From Malacoraja senta (Eukaryota), in assembly GCA_038087875.1 (NCBI GenBank), contig JAXLNO010000169.1, forward strand, positions 1-64,000: a stretch of DNA of 64,000 nucleotides, given 5' to 3'. A model generated the notes under the pieces. It was not told where the DNA came from. It did not search any database and worked only from the letters and a program-made list of their open reading frames with translations. The position numbers and the translations under genes are program-made. This document shows, piece after piece, positions 12,308-24,655 of this stretch; the first letter of the stretch is position 1, and every line of letters begins with the position of its first letter.

Positions 12308-13333
12308 ATGAGCAAGAGGACTTGTTCACGCGCACCAAAAAAAACTACTATAAGCCTCCAGCTGAAAAGTGTGTTGGATACTCTGCAAACAACTGAAGAA
12401 GGTTCTGAGGAGGAGCCCGATAGCCAAGGAGTTGTGCTTGAAATGGCTACAAAAGGAGGAAAGAAAGAGATGGAGGTAAAGGAAATGTTTGTAGAAATTA
12501 CTACTACAATTAAGAGTATGGAGAATAATATGGAAATATTTTCTCATAAAATTGATGGTGCCTGTGATGAGTTAAAGGAGCTGAAGAAGCAACATAATGA
12601 GTTTGATAAAAAACTTAACTCAGAAATTGTTAGAGTCGAAAAGGATTATAATAAGAAGCTTTCTGGGGTAAATGCTAAGATGGACAACATTGACGAGAGA
12701 ATGGAAGAGATGGAAAGTGATATGAAAGAGATGATCACGGAAATAAACAGTCTGAAAAGATCAAATAAAGATGAAGCAGAAAAGCTGGCAAGAATGACTG
12801 ACAAATGTTTGGACTTGGAAGCGAGATCAAGGAGGCAGAATTTGAGAATTGTTGGAGTAAGAGAAGGACGAGAAGAACATGTATCTCAAACACGTACTTT
12901 CGTTACTGAATTACTCAAAGAGGTTCTTAAACTGCCGGGAGAACTAAGAATAGATACTGTTCAACGAGTTGGACGTGTCTCAAGAGGCATAAACGCTGCT
13001 CCAAGACAGATAATTGTGAAATTTCTTGATATCTCTTCAGTGGAAACTATACTGAAGAAGATTGTTCATGGTGAAAATTTGATATATCGTGGGGAAAAAA
13101 TCCGACTTTTCCGTGATTATCCTCCAGAGATTGTCCAGAGAATGAACCTGTTTACACCGACAAGAAACATATTGAGGGGTATTTCTAAAGTCAGATATGG
13201 TATTGTTTTTCCTGCAAAAATGAAAATTACATATAAGGAAATTGAGCGCTCATTTACGGACCCAGAAAAAGCATTTAAATATGCAGAAGATATCATGAGG
13301 AAAGCATCCAAAACTTCAGAAGAAGACGACTAA
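12308..13333 (+). CDS. L1 ORF1p (coiled coil plus RRM/CTD, Transposase_22-like)
   Basis: 341-aa open frame with a heptad-rich region, DLEARSRRQNLRIVGVRE, PRQIIVKF, IRLFRDYP and YGIVFPAKMKI motifs. Confidence 0.92.
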   Translation: MSKRTCSRAPKKTTISLQLKSVLDTLQTTEEGSEEEPDSQGVVLEMATKGGKKEMEVKEMFVEITTTIKSMENNMEIFSHKIDGACDELKELKKQHNEFDKKLNSEIVRVEKDYNKKLSGVNAKMDNIDERMEEMESDMKEMITEINSLKRSNKDEAEKLARMTDKCLDLEARSRRQNLRIVGVREGREEHVSQTRTFVTELLKEVLKLPGELRIDTVQRVGRVSRGINAAPRQIIVKFLDISSVETILKKIVHGENLIYRGEKIRLFRDYPPEIVQRMNLFTPTRNILRGISKVRYGIVFPAKMKITYKEIERSFTDPEKAFKYAEDIMRKASKTSEEDD

Positions 13334-14293
13334 AGGAATGAACATGGAACTTTTTAATTTCTAAGATGGAGCTGGAACCGGCGGATTTCTCAGACAGTTA
13401 CTGAGCTTATCTGTCTGGAATGTATTGGACAATATTGTTTAACCTTGAATGAAAAGCTCTCGTACAAAGAACGAGATAACCTGAGTATTTAACTATTATA
13501 TGCTAATTACAATTAACTAACTAACTTTAACAAAACTAATGTGAGTGTGTGTAGTAAATATGTATATTCATGAATAAACCATTGCTTATAAATTGTAATT
13601 AACCAAAATGTCTATAACATTACTAACATTTTCTCTCTTTCTTTTTGAGTGGGAACGCAACATAAACTTGGAAAAAAGCCAGGAATGAGGTTAACCCCTC
13701 GGTATCTGCTTGTAGGGTAGCTGGCTAGATAAATTGGTACAGTACAAATACTTATAGAAATTAGAATAGGTTGTGGTTTATATTTGGATTTGGGGTTTAA
13801 TTACATTAATGTTTTCTTTTTTTTTAACTCTTTAATATTTTATTTTTGCATATTTTTGTTATTATTATTATTATTACTAATTTTTTTTAAAAATTAAATT
13901 AATTTTTTGGGGGGCATTTTACTAACGCTAGTTTGATAAAGTTATACAAGAATAAACGAGACGGTTTGTAGGTTTTTTTTTAAATTATTTTTTACGAGGT
14001 GTTAATAAGGGATTGGGGCTCACTGTAAAATAACATCAATGGAAGTCGATAATTCTTTCGCCACCTTAGGTGGCTATTTGTCTTTAAGGTACCTGCTTTT
14101 AGATACCTTAATTTCACTTTTTTTTAAAAATCACTTAATTAATTGTAAATCACAACTTTTCTTGCTTTATCTAAGGCACTTTTGGAGATGGAGATGTAAT
14201 GTAAACTTAAAAATTTGGAATGACCACCCAACGTCCAGAACACGGAGGTATTTGTTTGCACCATATGTTTCAAGAACATCACTTTGATATACA

Positions 14294-17200
14294 ATGCAGG
14301 ACGATAGGCAAATAAAGAATGGAGGAATCACATTCTGTAGTTGGAATATAAGGGGTGCCAAATGAACCAATAAAGAGGGGTAAAATTTTTGCTCACCTAA
14401 AATCTTTGAAAAGCGACATAATCTACTTGCAAGAAACTCACATGAAACAGGAAACACAAATGAGATTAAAGGCGAAGTGGATAGGCCAAACATATTATTC
14501 GTCATTTACTTCTAAATCTAGAGGTACGGCTATTCTTATTCGAAAAGGTATACCGTTCAAATTAAAGAATACTATATCAGATAAAGAGGGAAGGTATATT
14601 ATAGTTTCGGGAGAAATTTATGCTACCCCAATAACTATGGTAAATATTTACGCTCCGAATTTTGATAACCCTCAATTTTTTGAGAAAATTATAGATATAA
14701 TACTGGAGTTTAATTATCAAAATGTCATAATAGGAGGGGATTTTAATTGTGTTTTAGATCCTTACTTAGACAAATCAGCAAAACAAAGAAGGAGTAATAC
14801 AAAATCTAAGACTAGTGAATTTCTAAATACATATATAAAAAATACTAACATAACAGATGTATGGAGATCTGCTAACCCAGCAGGAAGGGAATACTCGTTT
14901 TACTCTTCGGTACATAAAACATACTCAAGAATTGATTATTTTTTAGTGGATAGGAAATTAATGCCATATATAATTAACCCAACTTACCATATTAGTAGTA
15001 TTTCTGATCACTCTCCATTGACTTTTTTAGTAAAATTTGAAGGAATGCCGGGAAAAATTTTTTTTTGGAGGTTTAACACATATATATTAAATGACCTACA
15101 GGGTTATCAATATTTGAAACAACAAATGATATCATTTCTTGAGATAAATGATACACCAGGTACCTCACCTTCTTTAATATGGGAAACTTTTAAAGCATTT
15201 ATTAGAGGAATTATAATTTCATATGAAATTTTTCAAAATAAGAAGAATAAAACTGAACAGATGCTGTTAGAACAAGAAATAAGACAGTTAGAGTTAGATA
15301 ATGCTAAAGATCCCACTATAGATAAACATAATAAGATAATACTACTGAAATTTAAACTTAACCGAATTCTCTCGGCAAGAGTAATAAGATTATTCCAAAT
15401 TACAAAACAGGAACATTTTGAGTTTGGTGACAAACCACATAAGCTGTTGGCGCGTCAATTGAAAAAACAGGAAAAGGAAAATACTATAAATAAAATTAAA
15501 TCTGAGAATGGTGAATTACTAACACTACCTAAAGATATCAATAAAAGATTTGTTCAATTTTATCAGAATTTATACACATCAAAAACCAAAACAGAAGATA
15601 GTAAAATTACAAATTTTTTAGATAAATGTAATCTACCAAAACTTGACCTTTTGGAACAAGAAGAACTAGGAGCGCAAATTACAATCGAAGAAATAGGTGA
15701 AACAATAAAATTGCTGAAAAATGGTAAGACACCGGGACCAGATGGTTTTAGTAATGAATTTTATAAAAAGTTTCATGAGATAACGACCCCCTATCTATTT
15801 AATTTATATACTCACGTTTTTAAAGAAAATAAATTACCTGAAACATTACCAGAATCAACTATTACGCTTATTCCAAAGAAAGATAAAGATCTAGAGGAAC
15901 CGGGTTCATATAGAGCTATATCACTTCTAAATACCGACCAGAAAATTCTAGCAAAGACCTTAGCTAGAAGACTAAGCAAATATATTAGTAAATTGATAAA
16001 CCCTGATCAAACGGGGTTTATACCCAAAAGATATTCATTTAATAATTTGAGACGCCTGTTTAATATAATGTACTCACATAAAAAGGAAGAAAAAGACTTA
16101 GCAATTATTTCTTTGGACGCAGAGAAAGCATTTGATCAGGTAGAATGGCAGTATTTATACATAGTATTACAAAAATTTAATATGGGAGAGAATTTTATTG
16201 CATGGGTGAAATTATTATATGATAAACCGATGGCAAGAATATTAACTAACAGCATGTTATCTCAAAAATTTCAATTATCAAGGGGTAATAGGCAGGGATG
16301 TGCTTTATCACCCCTGCTATTTGCCCTTATGATAGAACCTCTGGCTGAAAGTATAAGAAGCCATCCGAATATTCAGGGTTATAATACTAGGGACTCAAAT
16401 AATAAAATTTCATTGTATGCAGACGATATTTTGTTATATATAACAAATTCACAAACGAGTATACCAAATTTATTAAATTTAATAGAGGAATTTGGGTCCT
16501 TTTCAGGATATAGAATAAATTGGAACAAAAGTGAAATTATGACGTTAAAACCTCAAGAATCCACACACTTATTGAAATTCCCCTTTAAAATAGCAACAGA
16601 AAAATTCAAATATCTGGGTATACAGATTACTAGAAAACATAAAGCTTTATTCAACGCTAATTTTATACCCTTAATAAATAAACTTAATATAATGATAAAA
16701 TTTTGGAAAACACTCCCTTTATCATTAATAGGCAGAATAAATGCTATTAAAATGAGCTTCTTACCACAGTTATTATACTTATTTCAATCTATACCAGTAT
16801 ATGTACCAAAATATTTCTTCTCTAAACTGAATGCTAATATTACTAATTTTGTTTGGGATTACAAATCACATAGAATTAAAAAAGAACACTTATGTAAACC
16901 AAAAGATGTCGGGGGACTTTCACTCCCTAATTTTTTGTATTACTATTGGGCAATACATATTAAGAATATAATTTACTGGTTGGATAGTTCAACTCAACAG
17001 ACAGAATGGATAAAAATGGAGAAAGAGGATTGTTATCCTTGTAATATAGGAACAATCCTCTTCTCCCCGAAAAAAATGAACAATACAATATATAAGAAAA
17101 ACCCAATTATACAAGATACAATAAGAATATGGAAACAAATAAAACTATCCTTAAAATTAAGAAACCTATCATTGTTAACACCGATAGCGAATAATCCTTT

Positions 17201-18104
17201 ATTTAAACCATCTATGATGGATAAAATATATAATCAATGGGAAAGTTTAGGAATTAAAAGGATCGGGGATATGTATGAAATGGGAGATTTATTATCATTT
17301 CAACAATTACAATTAAAATTTAAACTGAAAAACACTCATTATTTTAAATATTTTCAGATTTGTAATTTTTTGAAGACATACATACAGGGATATCAAAAAA
17401 TAACTCCTGATTTACTAGAAGAAGTAATGAATATAAAAGCTGATACACAAAAATTAATAGCATATTTATATAATAGTATCTTAAATATAGATTTACCTGT
17501 GACCGAGGTAATTAGAGAAGAGTGGGAACGGGAATTATTGATAAAAATTACGAAGGCTACATGGGAAAAGTATTTGACATACATTCACAAGTGTTCGATT
17601 AACGCAAGACATAATCTAATCCAATTTAAAATTTTACATAGATTATATTACTCAAAAACAAGATTAAATAAATTTTATCCAAATATATCGCCCATTTGCG
17701 ATAAATGTTTAACCCAAGACGCAACTATAACACACTCTTTTGTTTCTTGTATAAAACTTCATGGATTTTGGAGTGATATTTTCGAAATATTTACAAAATT
17801 ATTTAAGACAAAAATGGAACCCAATAATGAATTGATTATATTTGGGGTAATGGAAGACGGGAACAAATTGAGCTCATCTCAAAAGTCAATTTTTAATTAT
17901 GGTTTAATAATAGCAAAAAAATTAATATTGAAATTTTGGAAAAATACACCAATACCAACGCTCAAAATGTGGATTGCAAGTATGTTGGATACCGCACATC
18001 TTGAGGAAATGCGATTCCTCCTAATAGATAAATTTGACCAATTCATAACGAGTTGGTCTCCATTTGTCGTCTTTTTGGAAACGTATGGTGCAAAACAGGT
18101 GTAA
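14294..18104 (+). CDS. L1 ORF2p (APE endonuclease, reverse transcriptase, C-terminal cysteine-rich domain) with one +1 frameshift near 14360
   Basis: ATG at 14294 gives ...ITFCSWNIRGA, then an extra A (AAA at 14360-14362) shifts frame into the 1249-aa track ORF, which has YLQETH, GGDFN, SRIDY, SDH, RQGCALSPLLF, YADD and CDKC...H...C. Confidence 0.92.
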
Positions 18105-18440
18105 AAGCTAATCCGTGACTGCGGATGGTCAAGATTATAAATGATCTCCTTCTATTTTCTTTTCTTCTTTTCTTTTCATTTATTCTCTTTCTTCTATTTT
18201 CTATGTCTCAACTTTCTTATTTCATTCTTTATTTTTCTTTTTCACACACTATATATCTCACATTTTTCTATTTTTCATTATCTAACTTTTTTCTTTTTCT
18301 TCTTTATTTCAAAAAATTTTAAAAATAAGAAGCTGTACATAAAAGGTATTATGAAAATATGATTGTATACAATTGTACTTACTTCTAATAAAATTAAAAT
18401 AATTTAAAAAAAAATAAAAAAAATAAATAAAATAAAAGAA

Positions 18441-18723
18441 ATCAGTGTTCTGGGACCAGGAAAGATCTTCAGAGATATGCACGCCCAGGAATTTAAAGCT
18501 CTTGACCCTTTCCACCATCGACCCGTTGATATAAACGGGACTGTGGGTCCCCATCCTACTCCTTCCAAAGTCCACAAGCAGTTCCTTGGTTTTGCTGGTG
18601 TTGAGAGCCAGGTTATTGTGCTGGCACCATTTGGTCAATCGGTCGATCTCACTTCTATACTCTGACTTGTCTCCATCAGTGATACGTCCCACAACAGTGG
18701 TGTCGTCGGCGAACTTGATGATG
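18441..18723 (-). mobile_element. Rex1/Babar LINE, 5' continuation of 10811-11297
   Basis: [18 protein letters not shown]...[19 protein letters not shown] joins in frame to the 11297 piece. Confidence 0.88.
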
Positions 18724-19214
18724 GATGTGGGTTTTCTCCGGGTGCTCCGGTTTCCTCCCATATACCAGACGTGCGGGTGCGTTGGTTAATTGGCTTCTGA
18801 GAATTGTCCCTGGTGTGTGTTAGTGTGCGGGTGATCGCTGGTCGGCGCAGACAGTGGGCTGAAGGGCCTGATTCCGCGCTGTATCTCTTAACTAAACACT
18901 GGGCGGGTGAAGGGATAGAGGGAGGGGGTGTGGGGGGGGGGGTTGGAGGGGTATTTCCTTCAACTAAACATCAGTTCTTGTCACAAATCCTCTTTCCATG
19001 CTTGTCTTTGAGAACAGTCTGCAATTCAACCAAACGTGTGCAGGAAGCAACTGCAGATGGTAGTTTAAACCGAAGATAAACACAAAAAGCTGGAGTGGCT
19101 CAGCGGGACAGGCAGGAGCTCACGTCTGAAGAAGGGTGTGGACAAGAAACGTCACCCATTCCTTCTTTAGAAACTTGGTGTCCTTTTAAATCAGGAGATA
19201 TGATTCAAATCACA

Positions 19215-20483
19215 ACCCGTGGTCAGGATGGAACCCGGGTCTCAAGCGCTGTGAAGCAGCAACTCTACCGCTGCGGCACCGTGCTGCCCGACTGTGCCAA
19301 TGTGCAGGTAACTTAAACACAGCTGAGGTGGTGAGGCAGTAGAGTGGTTTGATCACATTGGCAAGGACTTTCTGTGCACATCTGAGTAAGGAGAGGTCAA
19401 AATGAGAAGTCTGCTGTCATTTCCAAACTGGCCAGCAGGTGTCAACGTGAGACTGCGTTCAAGACACAAGGAACTGCAGATGCTGGAATCTTGTGTGAAA
19501 CACAAAGTGCAGGAGGAACTCAACGGGTGAGGCAACATATGTGGAGAACATGGATAGGCTGCGTTTTTGCTCTGCACCCTTCTGACTGATTAAGGAAGGG
19601 TGTAGGAAGGAACTGCAGATGCTCGTTTAAACAGAAGATCGACACAAAATGTTGGAGTAAGTCAGCGGGACAGGCAGCATCTCTGGAGAGAAGGAATGGG
19701 TGACTTTTCGGGTCGACATCCTTCACACTAGTTTGGGGATGAAGGAAACGAAAGATATAGACGGTGATGTAGAGAGATAAAGAACAATGAATGAAATATA
19801 TGCAAAACAGTAACGTTCTACTCAGTATTCCAGCTGCTGCAGAAACAGTGGTAATCGAAATTTGTGTCTTTGTGCAGAGAAAGATATCCACACCGACACA
19901 ATTTAAGTGTGAAGTAGAGTCTCGACCTGAAACGTCACCCATTCTTTCTCTCCAGAGATGCTGCCTGTCCCGCTGAGTTACTGTACCCCAGCATTTTCTG
20001 TTTACCTTCGATTTAAACCAGCATCTGCAGTTCCTTCGTGCACACTTCCCGACACAATTTAATGCAGCTCTGGAACAGCCACCAGAAGGTGGGGGGTGCC
20101 TGGAACGTGCTGCCAGGGAAGGTGGTGGAGGCAGATACGATAATGGTGTTTAAGAGACTTTTAGATGGGCACATGGACATGCAAGGAATGGAGGGATACA
20201 GATCACGTGCAGGCAGAGGAGATCTGCTCAACGTGGCATAGTGTTGGGCATGGACATTGTGGGCCGAAGGGCCTGCTCCTGTGCTGTACTGTTCTATGTT
20301 TGAATTTGATATAAGTGTCTGTCATTTAACAGAAGAATTTTCCCGGCCTGTAATTTATTGGAGAATTATACAAAAATGATACAACGGGTCAGGCAGCATC
20401 TCTGGATAGAAGGAATGGGTGACATTTCGGGCCAAGAACATTCTTCAGACTGAGAGTCAGGGGAGAGGGATACGAGAGATATA
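19215..20483. repeat. Inner right arm of the inverted duplication
   Basis: Reverse complement of 9630-10782, apart from differing repeat content in the middle. Confidence 0.9.
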
Positions 20484-20890
20484 CAGTGCCCTCCATAATG
20501 TTTGGAAGAAAGACCCATTTATTTATTTGCCTCTGTAATCCATAATTTGAGATTTGTAATAGAAAAAAATCACATGTGGTTAAAGTGCACATTGTCAGAT
20601 TTTAAATAAAGGCCATTTTTATACAATATGGTTTCACCATTTAGAAATGACAGCAGTGTTTATACATAGTCCCCCCATTTCAGGGCACCATATGTTTGGG
20701 ACACAGCAATGTCATGTAAATGAATGTAGACATGTTTAGTATTTTGTTGCATATCCTTTGCATGCAATGACTGCTTGAAGTCTGCGATTCATGGACATCA
20801 CAGTTGCTGGGAGTCTTCTCTGATGATGCCATGCCAAGCCTGTATTGCAGTCATCTTTAGCTTATGCTTGTTTTGGGGGCTAGTCCCATC
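20484..20890 (+). mobile_element. Tc1/mariner DNA transposon, terminal fragment
   Basis: Begins TA|CAGTGCCCTCCATAATGTTTGG with an internal direct-repeat copy CAGGGCACCATATGTTTGG near 20681 (IR/DR-like); the paralogous arm at about 9630 lacks it; no second terminus seen. Confidence 0.7.
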
Positions 20891-22104
20891 CATGGTGCCC
20901 ATCCATGTCAATGGATATTTTTAAGGCAGAGATGGATAGATTCTTGATTAGTACGGGTATCATGGGTTATGGGGAGAAGGCATGAGAATGGGGTTAGGAG
21001 GGGGAGATAGATCAGATGGGGGAGATGATTGAATGACGGAGTAGACTTGATGGGCTGAATGGCCGAATTCTACTCCCATTCCTTATGACCTGATGAGTTC
21101 AATAGCTTTTTGTAAAGATAGACACGACATGCTGGTGTACAAAAGGTGGCACCCGCCCACCAGCGATCCCCACACACTAACACTATCCCACACACATGGG
21201 ACAATTTTACATTTACACCAAGCCAATAAACATACAAACCTGTACGTCTTTGGACATCTATTCAACATGCCAGCATATCTAGAGCCCTCTAAGGTAGAGT
21301 ATTTGAAGGATTGGATAGGAAATATGATTACAAGGATAGGCAAGGTTTAGAGGGATATGGACTGAACGCAAGCAGGTGGGACTAGTGTGAAGAATGGTCC
21401 TGACCCGAAACATCACTTAATCCCCTTCTCCAGAGATGCTGCCTGGCCCACTGAGTTACTCCAGCACTCTGTGAAACGTCACCTATCCATGTTCCTTCCT
21501 ACACATTGGAACTAGCGGAGATGGGGCATCCGGGTCGGCATGCGCAGGTTGGGCCAAAGGACCTGTTTCCATGCTAGCATTTGTGCCCACCGAGACCGTG
21601 CCAACCAGCGATCATCCTGTACACTAGCTCTATCCCACACACTGGGGGCAATTTACAGAAAACAATTAACCTGCAAACCTGTACATCTTTGGAGTGTGGG
21701 AGGAAACCAGAACACCCGGAGAAAACCCACACAAGTCACGGGGAGAACGTACAAACTCTGTACTGACAGCATCTGTAGTCGGGAACGAACCCAGGTCTCT
21801 GGCGCTGTGAGGCAGCAACTCTACCACTGCGCCATAACTCTACCGCTGTGCCACCATGCCACCCCTGGTCCTAACGATTGATAGTTGTACATGCAGGTGG
21901 GACTGGTGTAGATGGGGCTTGATGGTCGGCATGGGCATGTTGGGCCGAAGGGCCTGTTTCCATGCTGTGTGATCCTACAGACTCAATGACAGGTACATGG
22001 ATAGGAAAGGTTTCGAGGGATATGGGCCATGTGCAAGCAAGTGAGACTAGCTCAGTTAGGCAACATGGACAAGTTGGGCCGAAGGGTCTGTTTCCTTGCT
22101 GAAG

Positions 22105-22390
22105 GGTGGCACGGTGGCGCAGCGGTAGAGTTGCTGCCTCACAGCGCCAGAGACCCGGGTTCGATCCTGACTACGGATGCTGTCTGTACGGAGTTTGTAC
22201 GTTCTCCCTGTGACCGCATGGGTTTTCTCTGAAATCTTCAGTTTCCTCCCACACTCCAAAGAGGTAGAGGTTGTAGGTTAGTTGGCTTGGTATAAATGTA
22301 AAACTGTTTCCAGTGTGTGTAGGATAACGTTAGTGTGTAGGGATCGCTGGTTGGTGCGGACTCGGTGGACCGAAAGGTCTGTTTCCGCGA
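22105..22390 (+). mobile_element. HE1-like V-SINE
   Basis: A box GGTGGCGCAGCGG, B box GGGTTCGATCC, V-domain core. Confidence 0.85.
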
Positions 22391-22674
22391 TACTGAGACC
22401 CGGTCTGCCCTGTTAGGTGCATGTAAAATATGTTGAAGTAGTTCGGCAGTGATGTTTATCCTGGTGAAAGTTTATTCTTCCAACCTCGCAGACTGTACAA
22501 ATTGACGTGTTTCCTGAACTGCTAAAATAATATCCTTGAAACACTTCATTGGCAATAATGCCTCTCTGGTATGACCAGATGTCATAGATAGTGTGATAAA
22601 CTTGCCCTTTGTAGAGTCATAGAGTGATACAGTGTGGAAACAGGCCCGACTTGTCCACACTGGCCAACATGTCC

Positions 22675-23195
22675 AACACTGGCCATCACATCATCGGTGC
22701 CCCGCTCCCTGCCATGGCTGTCCTTCACCGCACACGGTGTCTGAGACGGGCTGGCAAAATCATTAAGGACCCCTCACACCCCAACCATGGACTGTTTGTC
22801 CTCCTCCCATCAGGGAGGCGGTACAGGAGCCTCAGGGCTCGCACCAGCAGGCTAAGGAGCAGCGTCTTCCCCAACACCATTACCCTGCTGAACTCACAGG
22901 CCCGGCGCTAGCCCCCCCCCCCCCCCTTCTCATCAGTATTATTTATAGTTTATATAATTTATAGTTAAGCTCTTATTCACCAGAATATAGCACATGTCGA
23001 TCTTTTGCACCTTAACAACTGTCTGTATATATGTATATGCCTATGTACATACACCAATATATCCTCATTTGTATATATTGTCTTAATCAGCACTTTACTA
23101 CTTTGCACCCTGGTTAGATGCAAACCTGCATTTCGTTGTACTGTACTTGTACTATTTGCAATGACAATAAAGTTGAATCTAATCCAATCTAACCT
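22675..23195 (+). mobile_element. Rex1/Babar-type LINE 3' fragment
   Basis: RCLRRAGKIIKDPSHPNHGLFVLLPSGRRYRS C-terminal motif; ATGACAATAAA followed by an (AATCT)n tail. Confidence 0.75.
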
Positions 23196-23750
23196 AATGT
23201 CCCAGCTACACTGGTCCCACCTGCCCGTATCCATCTAAACTTAGAATGACCCATTGAGTTACTCCAGCACTTTGTGTAGGAAGGAACTGCAGATGCTGGT
23301 TTACACCGTAGATAGATACAATGCTGGAGTAACTCAGCAGGACAGGCAGATGAAAGATATGGAAGGGTAAGGTGTGAAAATGAGAAATCGAAGGGGACAC
23401 AGGTCACGGGGAGAACGTACAAACACCGTACGGACAGCACCCGCAGTCAGGATTGAACACGGTTCTCTGGCACTGTGAGGCAGCAACTCTACCGCTGCGC
23501 CGCCGTGGTGCCCTTTTGTCTTCTTTTCACCTCCAGGCATTGTCACTTTCTCCACCCATCTGCCAATCCCCCCTCAACTGTATCCACCTATCACTCGCTA
23601 TGCTTTGTTCCACCTCTCTTTCCCAGCATTCTCTCCCCGACTCCATCAATCTGAAAAAGGGTCCCGACCTGAAACGTCGCCTGTCCATTCCCACCACAGA
23701 TGCTGCCTGACCCTCTGAGTTCCTCCAGCACTTTGTGTTTTGACTAACGC

Positions 23751-23904
23751 CAGGCACGGAAATCGCAATCAAAATATGAGGGGGACCGGGGCACAGGGAC
23801 ACACACAATATCTTGGTGGCCGTGCGCGAATGAATGCGCGCACACACACACACACACACACACGCACACACGCACACGCGCACACGCGCGCACGCGCACG
23901 CGCA

Positions 23905-23979
<75 letters not shown>

Positions 23980-24655
23980 GCGCGCGAGGCTTCGGAGGCC
24001 CTGTGAACGGTAATTTCAGCTCAATCCAGCGCTAAATGCAGCTCAACTCTGCCTGTCTTGCCGGGTTAACCTACAGCCCTGCCTGGACTGATGACATATG
24101 TCCCGTAATTCCAGGCAGGGCTGTAGGTTAACCTGGCGGGACAGGCAGAGTTGAGCTGGATTTAGTGCTGCTTCTCAGGGCTGGCTGTGGGCCTGGAGGC
24201 ACCGCTCCCGACGTCTCTGGCCGCCCCCGGTCGTGGGGAGCTCTCGGGTGGGGACAGGGAAGGTCCAGTGGCGGTTCGGCAGCGATTGCAGCGCTGGAGA
24301 CCCGGGATTGATCCTGGCTGCGGATGAGGCGTAAGTCTGTGTCCAGGGCTGCTGAGAGTGTTTTTCACTTGTGACCCAATGACCTGGGCACGTCTCCCTC
24401 CTCCAATCATCGCGCTGAATCATCATGGTCCCGCCCCCATTGCCTGCTGACCGACATCACTCTCGTCCAATCGGCTCCCTCGATCACTATGGTGAAATCT
24501 CCGCTTTCCTCGACAGTGGGGGTGGGACTGCTGATCTTTGGATTTCACCGGGTTTTAAAATCCGGATTACAAAAAATGGAGGGGGGGGATTGTTCCCCAC
24601 CTCTCAAAACAGGGGGGGACGTGTCCCCCCTGCCCCCCCGGGATTACCGCCCCTG
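23751..24655. mobile_element. Non-autonomous hAT-type DNA transposon
   Basis: Imperfect TIRs CAGGCACGGAAATC / GATTACCGCCCCTG; perfect 8-bp TSD ACTAACGC at 23743-23750 and 24656-24663. Confidence 0.85.
23836..23985. repeat. (CA)n/(CG)n microsatellite
   Basis: Direct reading. Confidence 0.97.

Larger units (their letters stand above)
12157..18437 (+). mobile_element. Full-length L1-clade non-LTR retrotransposon
   Basis: 5' GAGACTTCCGGT, ORF1, about 960-bp AT-rich spacer, ORF2, T-rich 3' UTR, AATAAA and poly(A)-like tail; probable TSD AAATAAAATAAAA at 12143-12155 and 18425-18437. Confidence 0.93.

Noticed and set aside
22105..22175. tRNA-like A/B boxes
   Set aside because: Heads of V-SINEs, not tRNA genes.
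23527..24006. CV/HT-rich ORFs (also 30377-30965)
   Set aside because: Translations of (CA)n microsatellites.
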